The notes under the pieces were generated by a model. That model worked only from the letters and a program-made list of their open reading frames with translations, was not told the origin of the DNA and did no database searches. This document shows positions 47,485-60,494 of a stretch of 64,000 nucleotides of DNA, in pieces (within the stretch, counting starts at the first letter, position 1; each line of letters starts with the position of its first letter). The DNA lies in contig CAVWIP010000017.1 in NCBI GenBank assembly GCA_963755125.1, positions 96,001-160,000 on the forward strand, in the 5' to 3' direction. The translations under genes and the position numbers were made by a program. The stretch is from an uncultured delta proteobacterium (lineage in GTDB: Bacteria > Myxococcota_A > Polyangia > Fen-1088).

Positions 47485-47946
47485 ATGAATCCAATATCGC
47501 GAATCGTTCTCTCGACCGTTTCTTTGCTCGCCCTGTCGCTCTTTCCGCTTGCGGGGTGCGACGCCGGGGCAAAGCCCGAGTCCGTGGAGCAGGTCACGCT
47601 CCACATCGAGGACGTGCCAGAGGACGTTGCCTGCTTGCGCATCACCGCCACCGGCACCAGCCGTCAGGTGGTGCGCGACCTCGACGTCACCCTGGGCCAA
47701 GCCGTGAGCGAGTCCTTCTCCGGCTTGCCCATCGGCACCGTCGTCTTCCAGGCCGCCGCTTACTCGCAAACCTGCGACAACGTCACCAAGAGCACGGTTC
47801 CCTCCTGGATCAGCGACGAGGTTTCTGTGACGGTGAGCCTCACCCACTCGACCAGCGTGTCACTGACGTTGTACCAGAACGGGCGGGCCAAGGTCACCGT
47901 CGGTTTCGATCCCGAGTCAGACGCCGGGACGCCAGACGGGGGGTAA
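47485..47946 (+). CDS. Hypothetical lipoprotein
   Basis: AGGAGG RBS; lipobox LAGC; beta-rich domain. Confidence 0.7.
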   Translation: MNPISRIVLSTVSLLALSLFPLAGCDAGAKPESVEQVTLHIEDVPEDVACLRITATGTSRQVVRDLDVTLGQAVSESFSGLPIGTVVFQAAAYSQTCDNVTKSTVPSWISDEVSVTVSLTHSTSVSLTLYQNGRAKVTVGFDPESDAGTPDGG

Positions 47947-48052
47947 AACCCGTCTGCAGCCGTGGTCAACGCGGGCGAGTTCGTTCCTCATACTCGCCCG
48001 CGCCGGCTGTCGTCCCAAATCTGCGATGTATTGTGATAGCTTGCACAGGCAA

Positions 48053-49621
48053 ATGTCGGCAGCCCGCATGGCAAGCGCGAAGGATCGCAAAGGCACCAGG
48101 CTCGGTCGCTACACGCTGGTCGAGCATCTGGCCACGGGGGGAATGGCGGAGATCTTTCTTGCCTCGCACGAGGCTGCGGGCGGATTCCGCAAGGAACTGG
48201 TGCTCAAGATCCTGCAGCCACGTTGGGCGGAACATCGGGCGGTGGTGGACCTGTTCATGGGCGAGGCGCGCATCGCCGCGATGCTGAACCATCCCAACAT
48301 TGTCGACATATACGACGTCGATAGCCAGGACGGGACCTACTTCATCGCCATGGAGTATGTCCCTGGCAAGACCTTGACCGAGCTGGCTCGTCGTGCCATC
48401 GAGGTTTCGCAGCTCCTGTATCTGGACATCGGGGCGCATATCGTCGCCGAGGTGGCGTCGGCGCTGGCCTACATGGATGAGGCGCTGGACGAGAATGGCC
48501 AGCCGATGCACGTCGTGCATCGTGATGTTTCACCCACCAACGTCATCATCGGTCACTCAGGCCAGGTCAAGCTCATCGACTTCGGGATTGCCCGACAAGG
48601 GACGGCAATCAAGGATGAGGCGGGCCTCCGTCCAGGCAAGGCATCGTATATGTCTCCCGAGCAGGCGCAGGGGGCCGCGCTGGATGGGCGCTCTGACATC
48701 TTCAGCCTGGGCACCATTCTCTACGAGATCACGGTGGGCCGTCGGCTCTGGCGCGGTTCAAAGGTGAACTCCATCCGTCGCATCGTCGAGGAAAAGCCGG
48801 TCCCACCTACCTACGTGCGGCACGACTATCCCGGCGACCTTGAAATGATCGTGATGCGCGCGCTGGAAAAGAAGCCCGAGGACCGCTACCAGTCGGCGCA
48901 TGAATTTGCCGAGGCCTTGCAGTACTTCTTGCAGGATTCGGGTGCCAGGATGCGCAGCCACCATCAGCTCGCACGCTACCTGCGTGAAATCTACTCGCCG
49001 GAGGCTGAGGCGCAGATTACCGAGGACGCCCTCCGGCAGGCGCGCATTTTTGCCGAAGGGGATGAGGATAGTCGGCAGGAAGACGCTGAGGTTCTTGACT
49101 TCGATCAGGCTCCTGCCGACGGCCCGGGCGCGGCGCTGGCCAGGGCTTTGCGCGCCACTGGGTCAGCCCTGGATTCCAGGCCGGTCGGCGTTGACAGTGT
49201 TTCTCCGGGTGCCGACCAAGCGGCAGGCCGGGACAGCGTCGTGCCCGCTGGTATGGAGAATAGGCCGGGGCCACCCGACGCGTCTGGAAAACTACCGTCG
49301 CGCGCTGACGAAGTGGTCAAACTGGAGGACGGTGGGCACGCGACCCGCGATAGCGGGCAAGGCGCGGCCGTGGCATCGGACGCGGCGCAGGCTCCTGTTT
49401 CGCCTGCGGACTCGGCTTCAGCGGATGCCGCGCGGTCGGCGTCCCAGTCAGTTGCGGCCCCGCGCCGAACCCCTACCGTGGCGCGCGTCAGCCGCGCCCC
49501 GAAGGCCGTTGTCAAAGAGGACAAGGTGCCCAGATCGGTTCCACTCGGGGCGGTCCTGTTCGTCGCTGTGCTGTTGGCTGCTGCGGCGGCCGGCCTGGTG
49601 TGGCTGCTTCGCGGCGGATAA
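48053..49621 (+). CDS. Ser/Thr protein kinase with C-terminal TM anchor
   Basis: LATGGMAEIF, VLK, HRDVSPTN, DFG, YMSPEQ, DIFSLG. Confidence 0.93.
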   Translation: MSAARMASAKDRKGTRLGRYTLVEHLATGGMAEIFLASHEAAGGFRKELVLKILQPRWAEHRAVVDLFMGEARIAAMLNHPNIVDIYDVDSQDGTYFIAMEYVPGKTLTELARRAIEVSQLLYLDIGAHIVAEVASALAYMDEALDENGQPMHVVHRDVSPTNVIIGHSGQVKLIDFGIARQGTAIKDEAGLRPGKASYMSPEQAQGAALDGRSDIFSLGTILYEITVGRRLWRGSKVNSIRRIVEEKPVPPTYVRHDYPGDLEMIVMRALEKKPEDRYQSAHEFAEALQYFLQDSGARMRSHHQLARYLREIYSPEAEAQITEDALRQARIFAEGDEDSRQEDAEVLDFDQAPADGPGAALARALRATGSALDSRPVGVDSVSPGADQAAGRDSVVPAGMENRPGPPDASGKLPSRADEVVKLEDGGHATRDSGQGAAVASDAAQAPVSPADSASADAARSASQSVAAPRRTPTVARVSRAPKAVVKEDKVPRSVPLGAVLFVAVLLAAAAAGLVWLLRGG

Positions 49622-49690
49622 CCCCATCAGACAACTCGTCCGCGAATCAGGCTGTGCTACCCTCATGGGCCAAGGGGCTTCCAAGCTGCC

Positions 49691-51955
49691 ATGAAGTTCG
49701 TCTGCGATCGCTGTCAGACCCGCTACTCCATAGCGGATGAGAAGGTCAGACAGCGGATTCTTCGCATCCGCTGCAAGACCTGCAACAACGTCATCACGGT
49801 GCAGGCTGGCGAGGTGGTCCCTGGTCCGCAGGATTTCTCTCGGCGGCCGGAGTCCGGCGTTCGGTCCAGTTCTGCGTCGGCCGCGCGCCCCTCGTCGAAA
49901 TTGTCGCGCCCGCCTTCTGGGCTGCACGAGTGGTTCGTGGCCGTCGACGGGGTGGAGCACGGGCCGCTTAGCTGCGCCGATGCGGCCAAGTACATTGTGT
50001 CGCGCAGGCCGGAACAGTCGGTCCATGTCTGGAAGGAAGGAATGGATGGCTGGAAGGCGCCCAAGGACGTCGCGATCATCGCTCAGGAAATAAGCGCGCT
50101 ACGGCGGCCGCCCATCGGACCATCACAAAACCCACTGCCGGCGCCGGCCCGCACCGACTCGTCGTCCACTCCTCGCCCGCTGTCTCCGCTGTCCGATTCG
50201 GCGCCCAGGCTTCGGCCTCCCGGGTCTAGACCTAAGCCTCCGCCGGCTGGAGCTTCTGGCTCCGGCCCGAAGCTGCCGCAGCCTGGTTCGGGGCCGAAGT
50301 TGTCCCCGCCCATTCCCGGATCCGGCCCCAAGGTGGCACCGCCGCCCATTCCGGGATCAGTGCCCAAGGCAGCACCACCGCCCGCATCCGGATCCGGCCC
50401 CAAGGCACCGCCGCCGGTTACGGGGTCTGGCCCGAAGGTGGCGCTGCCACCGGTTCCCGGGTCAGGTCCCAAGGCGCCGCCGCCGGTGTCTGCGTCTGGC
50501 CCCAAGCCTGCGCCAGCCGGAGGGTCTGGCCCGGAGGCGGAGCGACATCGGGCTTCGGTCTCCGAGCCTCGGGTCGGAACGCCCGTCTTGGGACCGAAAC
50601 TGCCGCCGCCAAGTTCTGGCTCCGGACCTAAGTCGCCGCAGTCGGTATTGCTGGACTCTGTCGCGGAAACGCCTCCACCTAAGTTGGGCGGAGGAGCGCC
50701 GCACCCAGTGCCCAAGTTGTCGGTGGTTCCGTCGCCGAACAAGGGGCCGGGCTTGCCCGGCCTGACACCCCTGAGCGCGCCGACACCTTCGCCGGCGTTG
50801 GAGTCAGAATTCGACAAGGCGCCCACGACAAAACCCGAGAAGCGCCCGTCCGGGGATCGAGGAGTCGCGTCGCCGGGCACGCGTGTACCGGACATCCAAC
50901 CGGCGACGGTGCCGCGCGAGCGGATCCCTGAAGATGACTTCGACCAGGGAGAGAAGACGCCACCGCCCAAGGCGCCCTTGCCGCCCATCGTGGCAGGGGC
51001 GGGCGACGTTCGTGCTGGGAAGAACTCGCCGGTGTCGACCTTGGCCTTTGCCCACCCGCCGGCCCTGCCACAGCCGCCCGATGTCTCGGCCAGCGGCTCA
51101 ACCGCAGCGCCCGCGGTCACACTTTTGGGTGCGCCAGCCGCTTCGGCGGGTTCCTTGTTCAGCAATCTGGCAGCGCTGCCTGCCGTGCCTGTTTCAGTGC
51201 CCCACGCCGAGGCTGGCCTGTCAAAGTTGACCGGGCTGGCGGCGCTGGTTCACCGGCATCGGCACCTCAAGTACGTGGTTGCAGCCGGCATCCTGGTCAT
51301 CCTGGTCATCCTGGTCATTTTGCTTTCCTGGCGAGGTGAGGGCGGAGGAACCACCGGGTCGGTTTGGCGGCGGGCACCGCGTGCCCCGCAAGCCTCGCCT
51401 GCGAGTGAAGCCGAAACTCCCCCGCAGGACGAGAACACGGTTGCACCGGGAGGCCGGCCCAAAGCGCGAGCCGCCGCTCGGGCCGGGTCCAGGCGATCGG
51501 CGGTTGTTCATTCCGCAAGCCCGTCGGGAAAGGCGGTCGCGGTCGGAGACGATCCCTTCGAGGGACCGTCGCCTCCGTCCCATTCTGCCGAGCGGCCGGT
51601 GCCGGTGATTTCATCAAGCCAGTCCCGCCGTTCGGATCCCGGCCCGTCGGGCGGCGCGGTCAGAGAGGTTTCTCAGGCGCAGATCAGTGAGTTGGTGAGA
51701 AACAAGGAGAACCAGGCCGGCATCAAGTCGTGCTACGAGCGAGCGGCCAAACGCGATGGGCGGATGCGCGAGGGCCGACTGGATATCACGGTGTCAATCG
51801 GCGCAACCGGGGTTGTGCAGCAGGTGCAGGTCCACGGCCCGTCGGACTTCCTGCTCATCGACAGTTGCATCAAGAACGCCATCCGGCACTGGCGCTTTCC
51901 CGCCAACGTGGAGGAGTACGCGATGAGCTTCCCGCTCATCCTGCAGGGGGAGTAG
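49691..51955 (+). CDS. Zinc-ribbon/GYF/Pro-rich/TonB-C protein (AgmX/GltJ-like gliding motility protein)
   Basis: MKFVCDRCQTRY...RCKTC; EWFVAVDGVEHGP...VWKEGMDGW (GYF_2); TM helix; IKSCYE...C..NAIRHWRFP. Confidence 0.85.
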   Translation: MKFVCDRCQTRYSIADEKVRQRILRIRCKTCNNVITVQAGEVVPGPQDFSRRPESGVRSSSASAARPSSKLSRPPSGLHEWFVAVDGVEHGPLSCADAAKYIVSRRPEQSVHVWKEGMDGWKAPKDVAIIAQEISALRRPPIGPSQNPLPAPARTDSSSTPRPLSPLSDSAPRLRPPGSRPKPPPAGASGSGPKLPQPGSGPKLSPPIPGSGPKVAPPPIPGSVPKAAPPPASGSGPKAPPPVTGSGPKVALPPVPGSGPKAPPPVSASGPKPAPAGGSGPEAERHRASVSEPRVGTPVLGPKLPPPSSGSGPKSPQSVLLDSVAETPPPKLGGGAPHPVPKLSVVPSPNKGPGLPGLTPLSAPTPSPALESEFDKAPTTKPEKRPSGDRGVASPGTRVPDIQPATVPRERIPEDDFDQGEKTPPPKAPLPPIVAGAGDVRAGKNSPVSTLAFAHPPALPQPPDVSASGSTAAPAVTLLGAPAASAGSLFSNLAALPAVPVSVPHAEAGLSKLTGLAALVHRHRHLKYVVAAGILVILVILVILLSWRGEGGGTTGSVWRRAPRAPQASPASEAETPPQDENTVAPGGRPKARAAARAGSRRSAVVHSASPSGKAVAVGDDPFEGPSPPSHSAERPVPVISSSQSRRSDPGPSGGAVREVSQAQISELVRNKENQAGIKSCYERAAKRDGRMREGRLDITVSIGATGVVQQVQVHGPSDFLLIDSCIKNAIRHWRFPANVEEYAMSFPLILQGE
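50255..50630 (+). repeat. Coding tandem repeat GSGPK-x-PP (about 9 units)
   Basis: Repeated (S/G)SGPK...PP units in the Pro-rich linker. Confidence 0.8.
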
Positions 51956-51987
51956 TTCTCTGCTTCGCAAGTGAGGCACGGTCGGTC

Positions 51988-52116
51988 ATCGTCGAGATTG
52001 AAACCCAGTACCGCCCGCGTTCCCTGGGCTCGGCCAGCAAGCTGCGAACCTTTCGCGACGCGCTTCGCATACTCGGGACCATCGTCACGCTTTTCTTCGA
52101 CGCATGGCCGTGCTGA
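51988..52116 (+). pseudogene. Fragment of a family 2 glycosyltransferase C-terminal region
   Basis: IVEIETQYRPRSLGSASKLRTFRDALRILGTIVTLF matches the GT2 'Y..R..G.SKL....DG.RIL' motif; no N-terminal part. Confidence 0.6.
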
Positions 52117-52212
52117 GGCTGGCGGCGATTCCGAGGCCGCTGGACGGTTGCAAGGTTGCGAGCCTGTCGCGGACCCTCGCACGGGTGCTCGGGGACAAGT
52201 ACACTTCCCGCG

Positions 52213-55032
<2,820 letters not shown>

Positions 55033-55049
55033 CGCTTTCGGCGATCTTC

Positions 55050-57494
55050 GTGCCTGTGACTCCCGTCGAGACCAGCCCGCCCGAACGGTCTCTGGCCGCC
55101 AGCAAGCGGACCTGGCGTTTGGCCTTGCTACTCGTCGCACTCTGCCTGGCCGTGGCTCATCTGCCCATCTTCTTCGGTCAGATCGTCTTCTTCCGCGACC
55201 TCGCGCACTGGAACTTTCCTTCCCGCTGGTTCTTGCGCGCTTCCGCGCGGGCGGGTGATTGGCCCACATGGGATCCTTTGCGCGGTTTGGGTCTTTCCAC
55301 CTTCACCAACCCGCTCTACGGTCTGTTCTATCCGCCCAACTGGCTGTTCGCAGCGGGCGGGGCAACCCTCGCCACGGGCATGCTGACATGGCAGTGTCTG
55401 GCCCACCTGATCGGGGGTGCCGCGGGCGTGTTCTTCGTGGCGCGGCGGATCGGTGGCCAGGCTGCCGGGGCCTGCGTGGCCGCACTGGCCTGGGGCCTGT
55501 GCGGCTACACCACGTCGCAGTGGTCGGCCGGTTTCCTGCTGTTCGCCGATGCCTGGGTTCCCTGGATCACCCTGGGCTGCCTGTGCCTGCTCGACGATTT
55601 TCGACGCGGTATGGGTTTGGCGTCGGCGTGGAAGGTGGCGCTGCCGGTCGCCGCTGTGTTCCTGCTCGGCGAATTCTTCCTGGCCATGATCGGTGCCGGC
55701 TTTGCCTCCATGTTTTCGCTGGTCTTGCTCGTGCTATGGCGCGAGCCGGGAATGCCCGCCCTACGAATCTGGTGGCTGCTCGGCCTCGCTCTCGCGCTGA
55801 GCCTGGGAGTCGGGATGGGAGCCGTGGCTCTCATCCCCGCGTGGATGGGCGCGCAGGGCACCGATCGCGCGGCGCCCCTGCTCGCCGCGGTGGCCGAGGC
55901 CTGCTCCGTCCACCCGCTGCGCCTGATCGAGTTCGTGGCCCCGTGGAGCATGGGCAACCCCTACACGTACTACCCTGCCTCTCGGTGGGTCGGCGAGCCA
56001 GGACTGGGAGGGTTGCCGCTCTCGCAGGGCATGTACCTGGGTGCCAGCGTGGTGGCTCTGGCCATGGCTGCGTTCGGGTGGGAGAGGCCGCGCGCTCAGC
56101 GACGCAAGTACGTCGTTTCCCTGGCTCTGGCGATCCTGTTCGGGGCAACGCTGCTGGTGTCGATGGGTCGATACACGCCTGCCCATGCTCTGTTGCGGGC
56201 GATGGTGCGGCCGCTGGCCTACATGCGTTTTCCCGAGAAGTACTTCGTGCTGCCAGCCTTGCTGCTCGCCTGGTTGGCCGCGCTGGGAACCACGCGCGTT
56301 CTTGCGGGCGGGCCTCAACCATGGCGGCGCACCGCCGGACTGGCCCTCTTGCTTGTGCTGCTGGCGGCGCTGGCACCCTTGCTGTTTCCACCGGACTGGC
56401 GTGGCTATGTCAGCGGCGGCGCCAGCCGTGGCGCGGTCGCGGTTCTCGCCATCCTGGGCACGCAGTGGCTGGTGGCGCGACGTCCGAGGCTGGCGCAGGT
56501 GCTGGTGGTGGCTACGGCGTTCTTCGATCTGGCCAGCGCCTGCTGGCCCATCCAAGAATTCGCGTCTCTCGATCTCGCGCTTTCGCGTCCCCCGGCAGCT
56601 CGCGCCATCCTGCTCGATCGCGGCCGTCGGCCAGAGCCTCCCCGCTTTCATCTCGACGGCGGCACCAGCCAGGAGGTGTGGAAACACGTACGGGCGTCAT
56701 CGCAAGCCGAAGTCGAAGCCATCTTCATGCAGATGCTCAATGCCAATCTGCCGGCGGTGTGCGGGATTGCCTCGGTCCCCGGCTACGATGCCGCGCTTTC
56801 CCCGGCACAGACGGCTTTGTGGGCACAGGCGACAAACCCGCACTACGACCAGCTGCGTCTGTTCTCCGTCGACTACGTCATGCTTCCGCGCGACCAGGTG
56901 ACCGATAGGCGGGCCGCCTCGGCGGGGCTGGAGCCATTGATGGATCCTCTGCCCGGCGCCCGACTCTATCGGGTGCCAGATTCCTTGCCCCGCGTTTTTC
57001 TCGCGGGCCGGGCAGAGCCAGCCACCGATGATCGGGCCATGGCCCGCAGCGCGGAACCCAACGTCGTCACGGGTGGCGTGGTCCTGCTGGCTCCCGAGGT
57101 GCAGAGTCAGTTTCTCGACGCGCCTGCCGGCCGGGCCGGTGATTGTACGCTGACCTTCTTCTCGAACGCGCGGTTGATCGCCTCCTGTACTGCCTCTCGC
57201 CCCGCCCTGGCCACCTTCGTCGAGCAGTACGCGCCGGGTTGGCGCGCCCGTGTGGATGGCGTGGACGCGCCGCTGGTGCGCGCCAATGTTCTCATGCGCG
57301 CCGTGCCGGTCGGCGCCGGCACGCATGAGATCGTACTCGAGTACAGTCAACCCGGCCTGCGCACGGGCGGTCTGCTTTCCCTGCTCAGCGTGTTCTTGCT
57401 CGTTGTGCTGGCGGTGCTGATGCCAGCGATCCGCCGGCAGTTCGGGGCGGGCCAGACCGGCGGCGGCTGCGCGCCCGGCCGCCGGACAAGTTGA
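55050..57494 (+). CDS. YfhO-family multi-TM membrane protein
   Basis: WDP...G...NP..GLFYPPN; C-terminal EQYAPGWRARVDG...RANVLMRAVPVGAGTHEI. Confidence 0.85.
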   Translation: MPVTPVETSPPERSLAASKRTWRLALLLVALCLAVAHLPIFFGQIVFFRDLAHWNFPSRWFLRASARAGDWPTWDPLRGLGLSTFTNPLYGLFYPPNWLFAAGGATLATGMLTWQCLAHLIGGAAGVFFVARRIGGQAAGACVAALAWGLCGYTTSQWSAGFLLFADAWVPWITLGCLCLLDDFRRGMGLASAWKVALPVAAVFLLGEFFLAMIGAGFASMFSLVLLVLWREPGMPALRIWWLLGLALALSLGVGMGAVALIPAWMGAQGTDRAAPLLAAVAEACSVHPLRLIEFVAPWSMGNPYTYYPASRWVGEPGLGGLPLSQGMYLGASVVALAMAAFGWERPRAQRRKYVVSLALAILFGATLLVSMGRYTPAHALLRAMVRPLAYMRFPEKYFVLPALLLAWLAALGTTRVLAGGPQPWRRTAGLALLLVLLAALAPLLFPPDWRGYVSGGASRGAVAVLAILGTQWLVARRPRLAQVLVVATAFFDLASACWPIQEFASLDLALSRPPAARAILLDRGRRPEPPRFHLDGGTSQEVWKHVRASSQAEVEAIFMQMLNANLPAVCGIASVPGYDAALSPAQTALWAQATNPHYDQLRLFSVDYVMLPRDQVTDRRAASAGLEPLMDPLPGARLYRVPDSLPRVFLAGRAEPATDDRAMARSAEPNVVTGGVVLLAPEVQSQFLDAPAGRAGDCTLTFFSNARLIASCTASRPALATFVEQYAPGWRARVDGVDAPLVRANVLMRAVPVGAGTHEIVLEYSQPGLRTGGLLSLLSVFLLVVLAVLMPAIRRQFGAGQTGGGCAPGRRTS

Positions 57495-57519
57495 CCTGCC
57501 TACTTGGCTCCCTTGAGCC

Positions 57520-58656
57520 CTACTGCGAGCGGGCGATGCAATGGCCGCCCCCGGTGTCCTGGCGGCAGAGACCCGCAGCGCCGCAATCCGTGTCGCTGGC
57601 ACAGGCCTTGGGCGCACAGTATGCGGTTCCTTGTCCGCTGCTGGGCGGGGTCTTGAGCTGGTAGCCCAGCAGCGACGGGCCGGGAGCGGCGCAGGTGAGA
57701 AGTGGGTCTTCATCGCACTGGAAGCTGGAGGAACAGGGCAGCAGACAAAGCTCGCGGCCGTCGCCGAACACCGCGCAGTCGGAGCCCGCGGGGCACAGGG
57801 CGCTGGTGCAGTCGCGCGTGCACATGCCCAGGGCGCCCAGATCCGCACACAATCCGGTCACGCAGTAGTCGTTGCGGAGAACGCCGTTGGCGTCGAGGCA
57901 GGGGCTGCCTAGGTCGGCCGGCACGTCGGCAAAACAGCCGTGGGCCGAGGATGCGGCGTTGGGCCACCCGGGAAGGGTGCGGCAACGTAACCCAGCGGTG
58001 CAGTCTACATCGGTGAGGCAGGGAGGCAGGCAGAGTTGGGTCTGCCACGGCTCAGCGAGGCCGGCGCTCGCGGCTGCTGTCTCCAGGTTCGCGCACACAT
58101 CTCCGACGGGGCAGCCATCTTTCTGGCACAGGGAGGTGCACATGCCGCCCAGCGGTCCGGTGGTGCACGGGCTGGCATCCGAGCACAGGCAGTAAAGACC
58201 TTGAGCGCACTGCTGGTCGGCCTGGCAAGGCGCACCCAAGCTGTTGGCCAGCACGACGATGAAACCGGGCCGCGTTCTGGTCGCCACGCCGCCGGTCGAA
58301 CCGACACCCACCAGCGTGACATCGAACGATCCGGGCGTGGCGTAGGTGTGCGATGGGGTGGCGGAGGTGTCGTTGGCGGTGCCGTCGCCGAAATTCCAAA
58401 GGTACTGGCTGATGACCATGGTGGCGACCGGGGTGAATTGCGCGGTGAAGGGAGCCGTGCCCGTACAAGACGGCACGGTGGAATCGAGCGACGGGCAATT
58501 CGCCACGGTGAAGTCCACGACCAGCGGCAGCGGGCCGGCGTCGATGGGCGGGGCCGCGTCCGGGGCCGCGCCATCAGTCCCCGCGTCCGCCACGGACGAT
58601 GAACGGCTGGCGCAGGAGGCAAGAAGCAGGAAAGGCAGGACACACCGGCGCGCCAT
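57520..58656 (-). CDS. PKD-domain, Cys-rich lipoprotein
   Basis: LASC lipobox; YLWNFGDG...PSHTYATPG PKD motif; many CxxDxDC modules. Confidence 0.8.
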   Translation of the reverse strand: MARRCVLPFLLLASCASRSSSVADAGTDGAAPDAAPPIDAGPLPLVVDFTVANCPSLDSTVPSCTGTAPFTAQFTPVATMVISQYLWNFGDGTANDTSATPSHTYATPGSFDVTLVGVGSTGGVATRTRPGFIVVLANSLGAPCQADQQCAQGLYCLCSDASPCTTGPLGGMCTSLCQKDGCPVGDVCANLETAAASAGLAEPWQTQLCLPPCLTDVDCTAGLRCRTLPGWPNAASSAHGCFADVPADLGSPCLDANGVLRNDYCVTGLCADLGALGMCTRDCTSALCPAGSDCAVFGDGRELCLLPCSSSFQCDEDPLLTCAAPGPSLLGYQLKTPPSSGQGTAYCAPKACASDTDCGAAGLCRQDTGGGHCIARSQ

Positions 58657-58673
58657 CGCGGGATTGAACAATC

Positions 58674-58749
58674 TGGGGTGGACGAGGGGTATCGAACCCC
58701 CAGCCGTCGGAGCCACAGTCCGATGCTCTACCATTGAGCTACGTCCACC
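58674..58749 (-). tRNA. tRNA-His(GTG), with G-1 and encoded CCA
   Basis: GGTGGACG-TAGCTCAATGGTAGAGC-A-TCGGA-CT-GTG-GC-TCCGA...GGGGGTTCGATACCCCT-CGTCCACC-CCA. Confidence 0.96.
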
Positions 58750-58784
58750 AGAACTTAATGTTTTCAAATTGTTATCTGTACTTC

Positions 58785-58980
58785 TTAGCCCTCGTTTTTT
58801 GCCCTCGTAACCACGGCGTAACCAACGGTACCGTTCTCCGACCCCGGACGGCTGAGTGATACCACGTCCCCACCGGAGTGCGAAAGGTCTACCCGCACGG
58901 CGTCGAAGTTCTCTTCCCTGAGGTGTTTGGGCCGAAGGTGCGCTTAGCGCTCCGTGGTGATCTCCGTGCGGCCGAACACG
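58785..58980 (-). pseudogene. C-terminal relic of a tyrosine integrase
   Basis: ...GRTEITTER*AHLRPKHLREENFDAVRVDL...VVSL...* resembles TTERYAHL; the catalytic Tyr codon is TAA (58944-58946). Confidence 0.65.
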
Positions 58981-59110
58981 GACGCCGGCGGCGGAAACTG
59001 AGAGCTACTTGATCCAGAACGCGGGTGACGCAGGATTTCCGGTCAAGTTAAACATACGCCGTTCTGCTTGGTCGTGGTCACGCTACCCGTGCCGACGAAG
59101 CTGGTCGCGG

Positions 59111-60280
59111 TCAGAGCTGCAGGGTGAATGTGTTGTCGGCGTCGGCGGGCACGGCTTCGGCCTCGGGAAAGAACTCGTTGAAATACGGCGAGTAGCTGCT
59201 CACGTTGATGGCGCCATTGGGCTGGAAGGTCAAGATGCGCAGGAAGCCGTCACCATTCCCCGTGGGGTCCGGGGGCTGGGAGACATCCTGGTAGTCGGCG
59301 AGCATCTGATGCACGGGCGGGCCGGCGTCGCGCGTGCTGGTCAGGTGGGCCTCGGCGTGAACGTGTCCGCACAGCACCAGGCGCACGTTCGGATTGTTCA
59401 CGATCAGCTTCTGCCAGATCTGTTCGCCGTCGTTGACACCGCCGGGTAGCTGTTCGACTCCGTAGGTGTGGGGATTGAACGCCTGATCGGTCCGTGTCGC
59501 GTAGTCGTACCGGGTGCCATCCGAGTAGAGATATGCGTGGGTGACGATGATGGCATTGGCCGAAACGTTGGCCTTGAGGATACCGTCGGCCCAGGTCAAA
59601 ACGGCATCGCGCGGCCCGAATTCCAGCGAGATGATCAGCCAGGTCTGTCCCTCGGCATCGAACAGATGATAGCTGTTGCTCGCGCTGGCCGGATCGTAGG
59701 TTCCCTTGAAGCCTGGCTGGATGGCCTGCAAGTTGGCCAGCGGGAAGTACGAATCGAACAGTGAGGTGTCCCGGCTGGTGGCGCCGCCCGCCCCTGGGTA
59801 GTCGTGATTGCCGATGGTCAGCACGTAGGGGACGTTCCCGTCGAGCAGGTGCATGCTGTGCGAGGCGTTCTGCCACTGATCGTCCACATCGTTGTCGACG
59901 ATGTCGCCCTCGTGCACGACGTACAGGATATTGCGCGCGGTGGCTTGGTTGACGATCCAGTTGGTCTGGGCGTCGAACCGATCCGGATACGAGGCTGAGT
60001 AGTACTGCGTGTCGGGTAGAACGACGAGTGTCCACGGCATGCGAAGAACCGTGGATGGCGCCGAATCCGCCCCTGCTTCACCAGTGAGCACCGCGTCCGC
60101 TTCCGTTCCCGAATCCACGTCGGGTGGCTCTGGGGCATCGCTCGCGACCTCTGAACCGCCTGCATCTGCTGTGGCTCCCCCTGTGCCGCTATCCGGCGGA
60201 ATAGGCGTCGCGGCTGGACCGCAGGCCAGCAGCAAGACCGCAGGGACGGTAAGAACGACGGTTTTGCAGTTAGTCATCAT
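59111..60280 (-). CDS. Calcineurin-like metallophosphoesterase lipoprotein
   Basis: LPDTQ, HEGDIVD, IGNHD, THAY, CGHVH; LLAC lipobox. Confidence 0.88.
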   Translation of the reverse strand: MMTNCKTVVLTVPAVLLLACGPAATPIPPDSGTGGATADAGGSEVASDAPEPPDVDSGTEADAVLTGEAGADSAPSTVLRMPWTLVVLPDTQYYSASYPDRFDAQTNWIVNQATARNILYVVHEGDIVDNDVDDQWQNASHSMHLLDGNVPYVLTIGNHDYPGAGGATSRDTSLFDSYFPLANLQAIQPGFKGTYDPASASNSYHLFDAEGQTWLIISLEFGPRDAVLTWADGILKANVSANAIIVTHAYLYSDGTRYDYATRTDQAFNPHTYGVEQLPGGVNDGEQIWQKLIVNNPNVRLVLCGHVHAEAHLTSTRDAGPPVHQMLADYQDVSQPPDPTGNGDGFLRILTFQPNGAINVSSYSPYFNEFFPEAEAVPADADNTFTLQL

Positions 60281-60494
60281 GACCTCTCCCTCTTGTTGCG
60301 CCACAACCTAGCAGCGCGTTTGCAGCCCAATGTGACAAAAACGCAACGGCCCTGGCCCCGACAACGCCACTCGGGCCAAAGCCAATCGCGACCACTCAGC
60401 CACGGATGAGTGGCGCGAGAGATCAGCCTCCCCGCCAGGCACCCAGGAGGCGAGGCCAGCAACCGACACCGGGTTCGGATAACATGTCCGTTCC

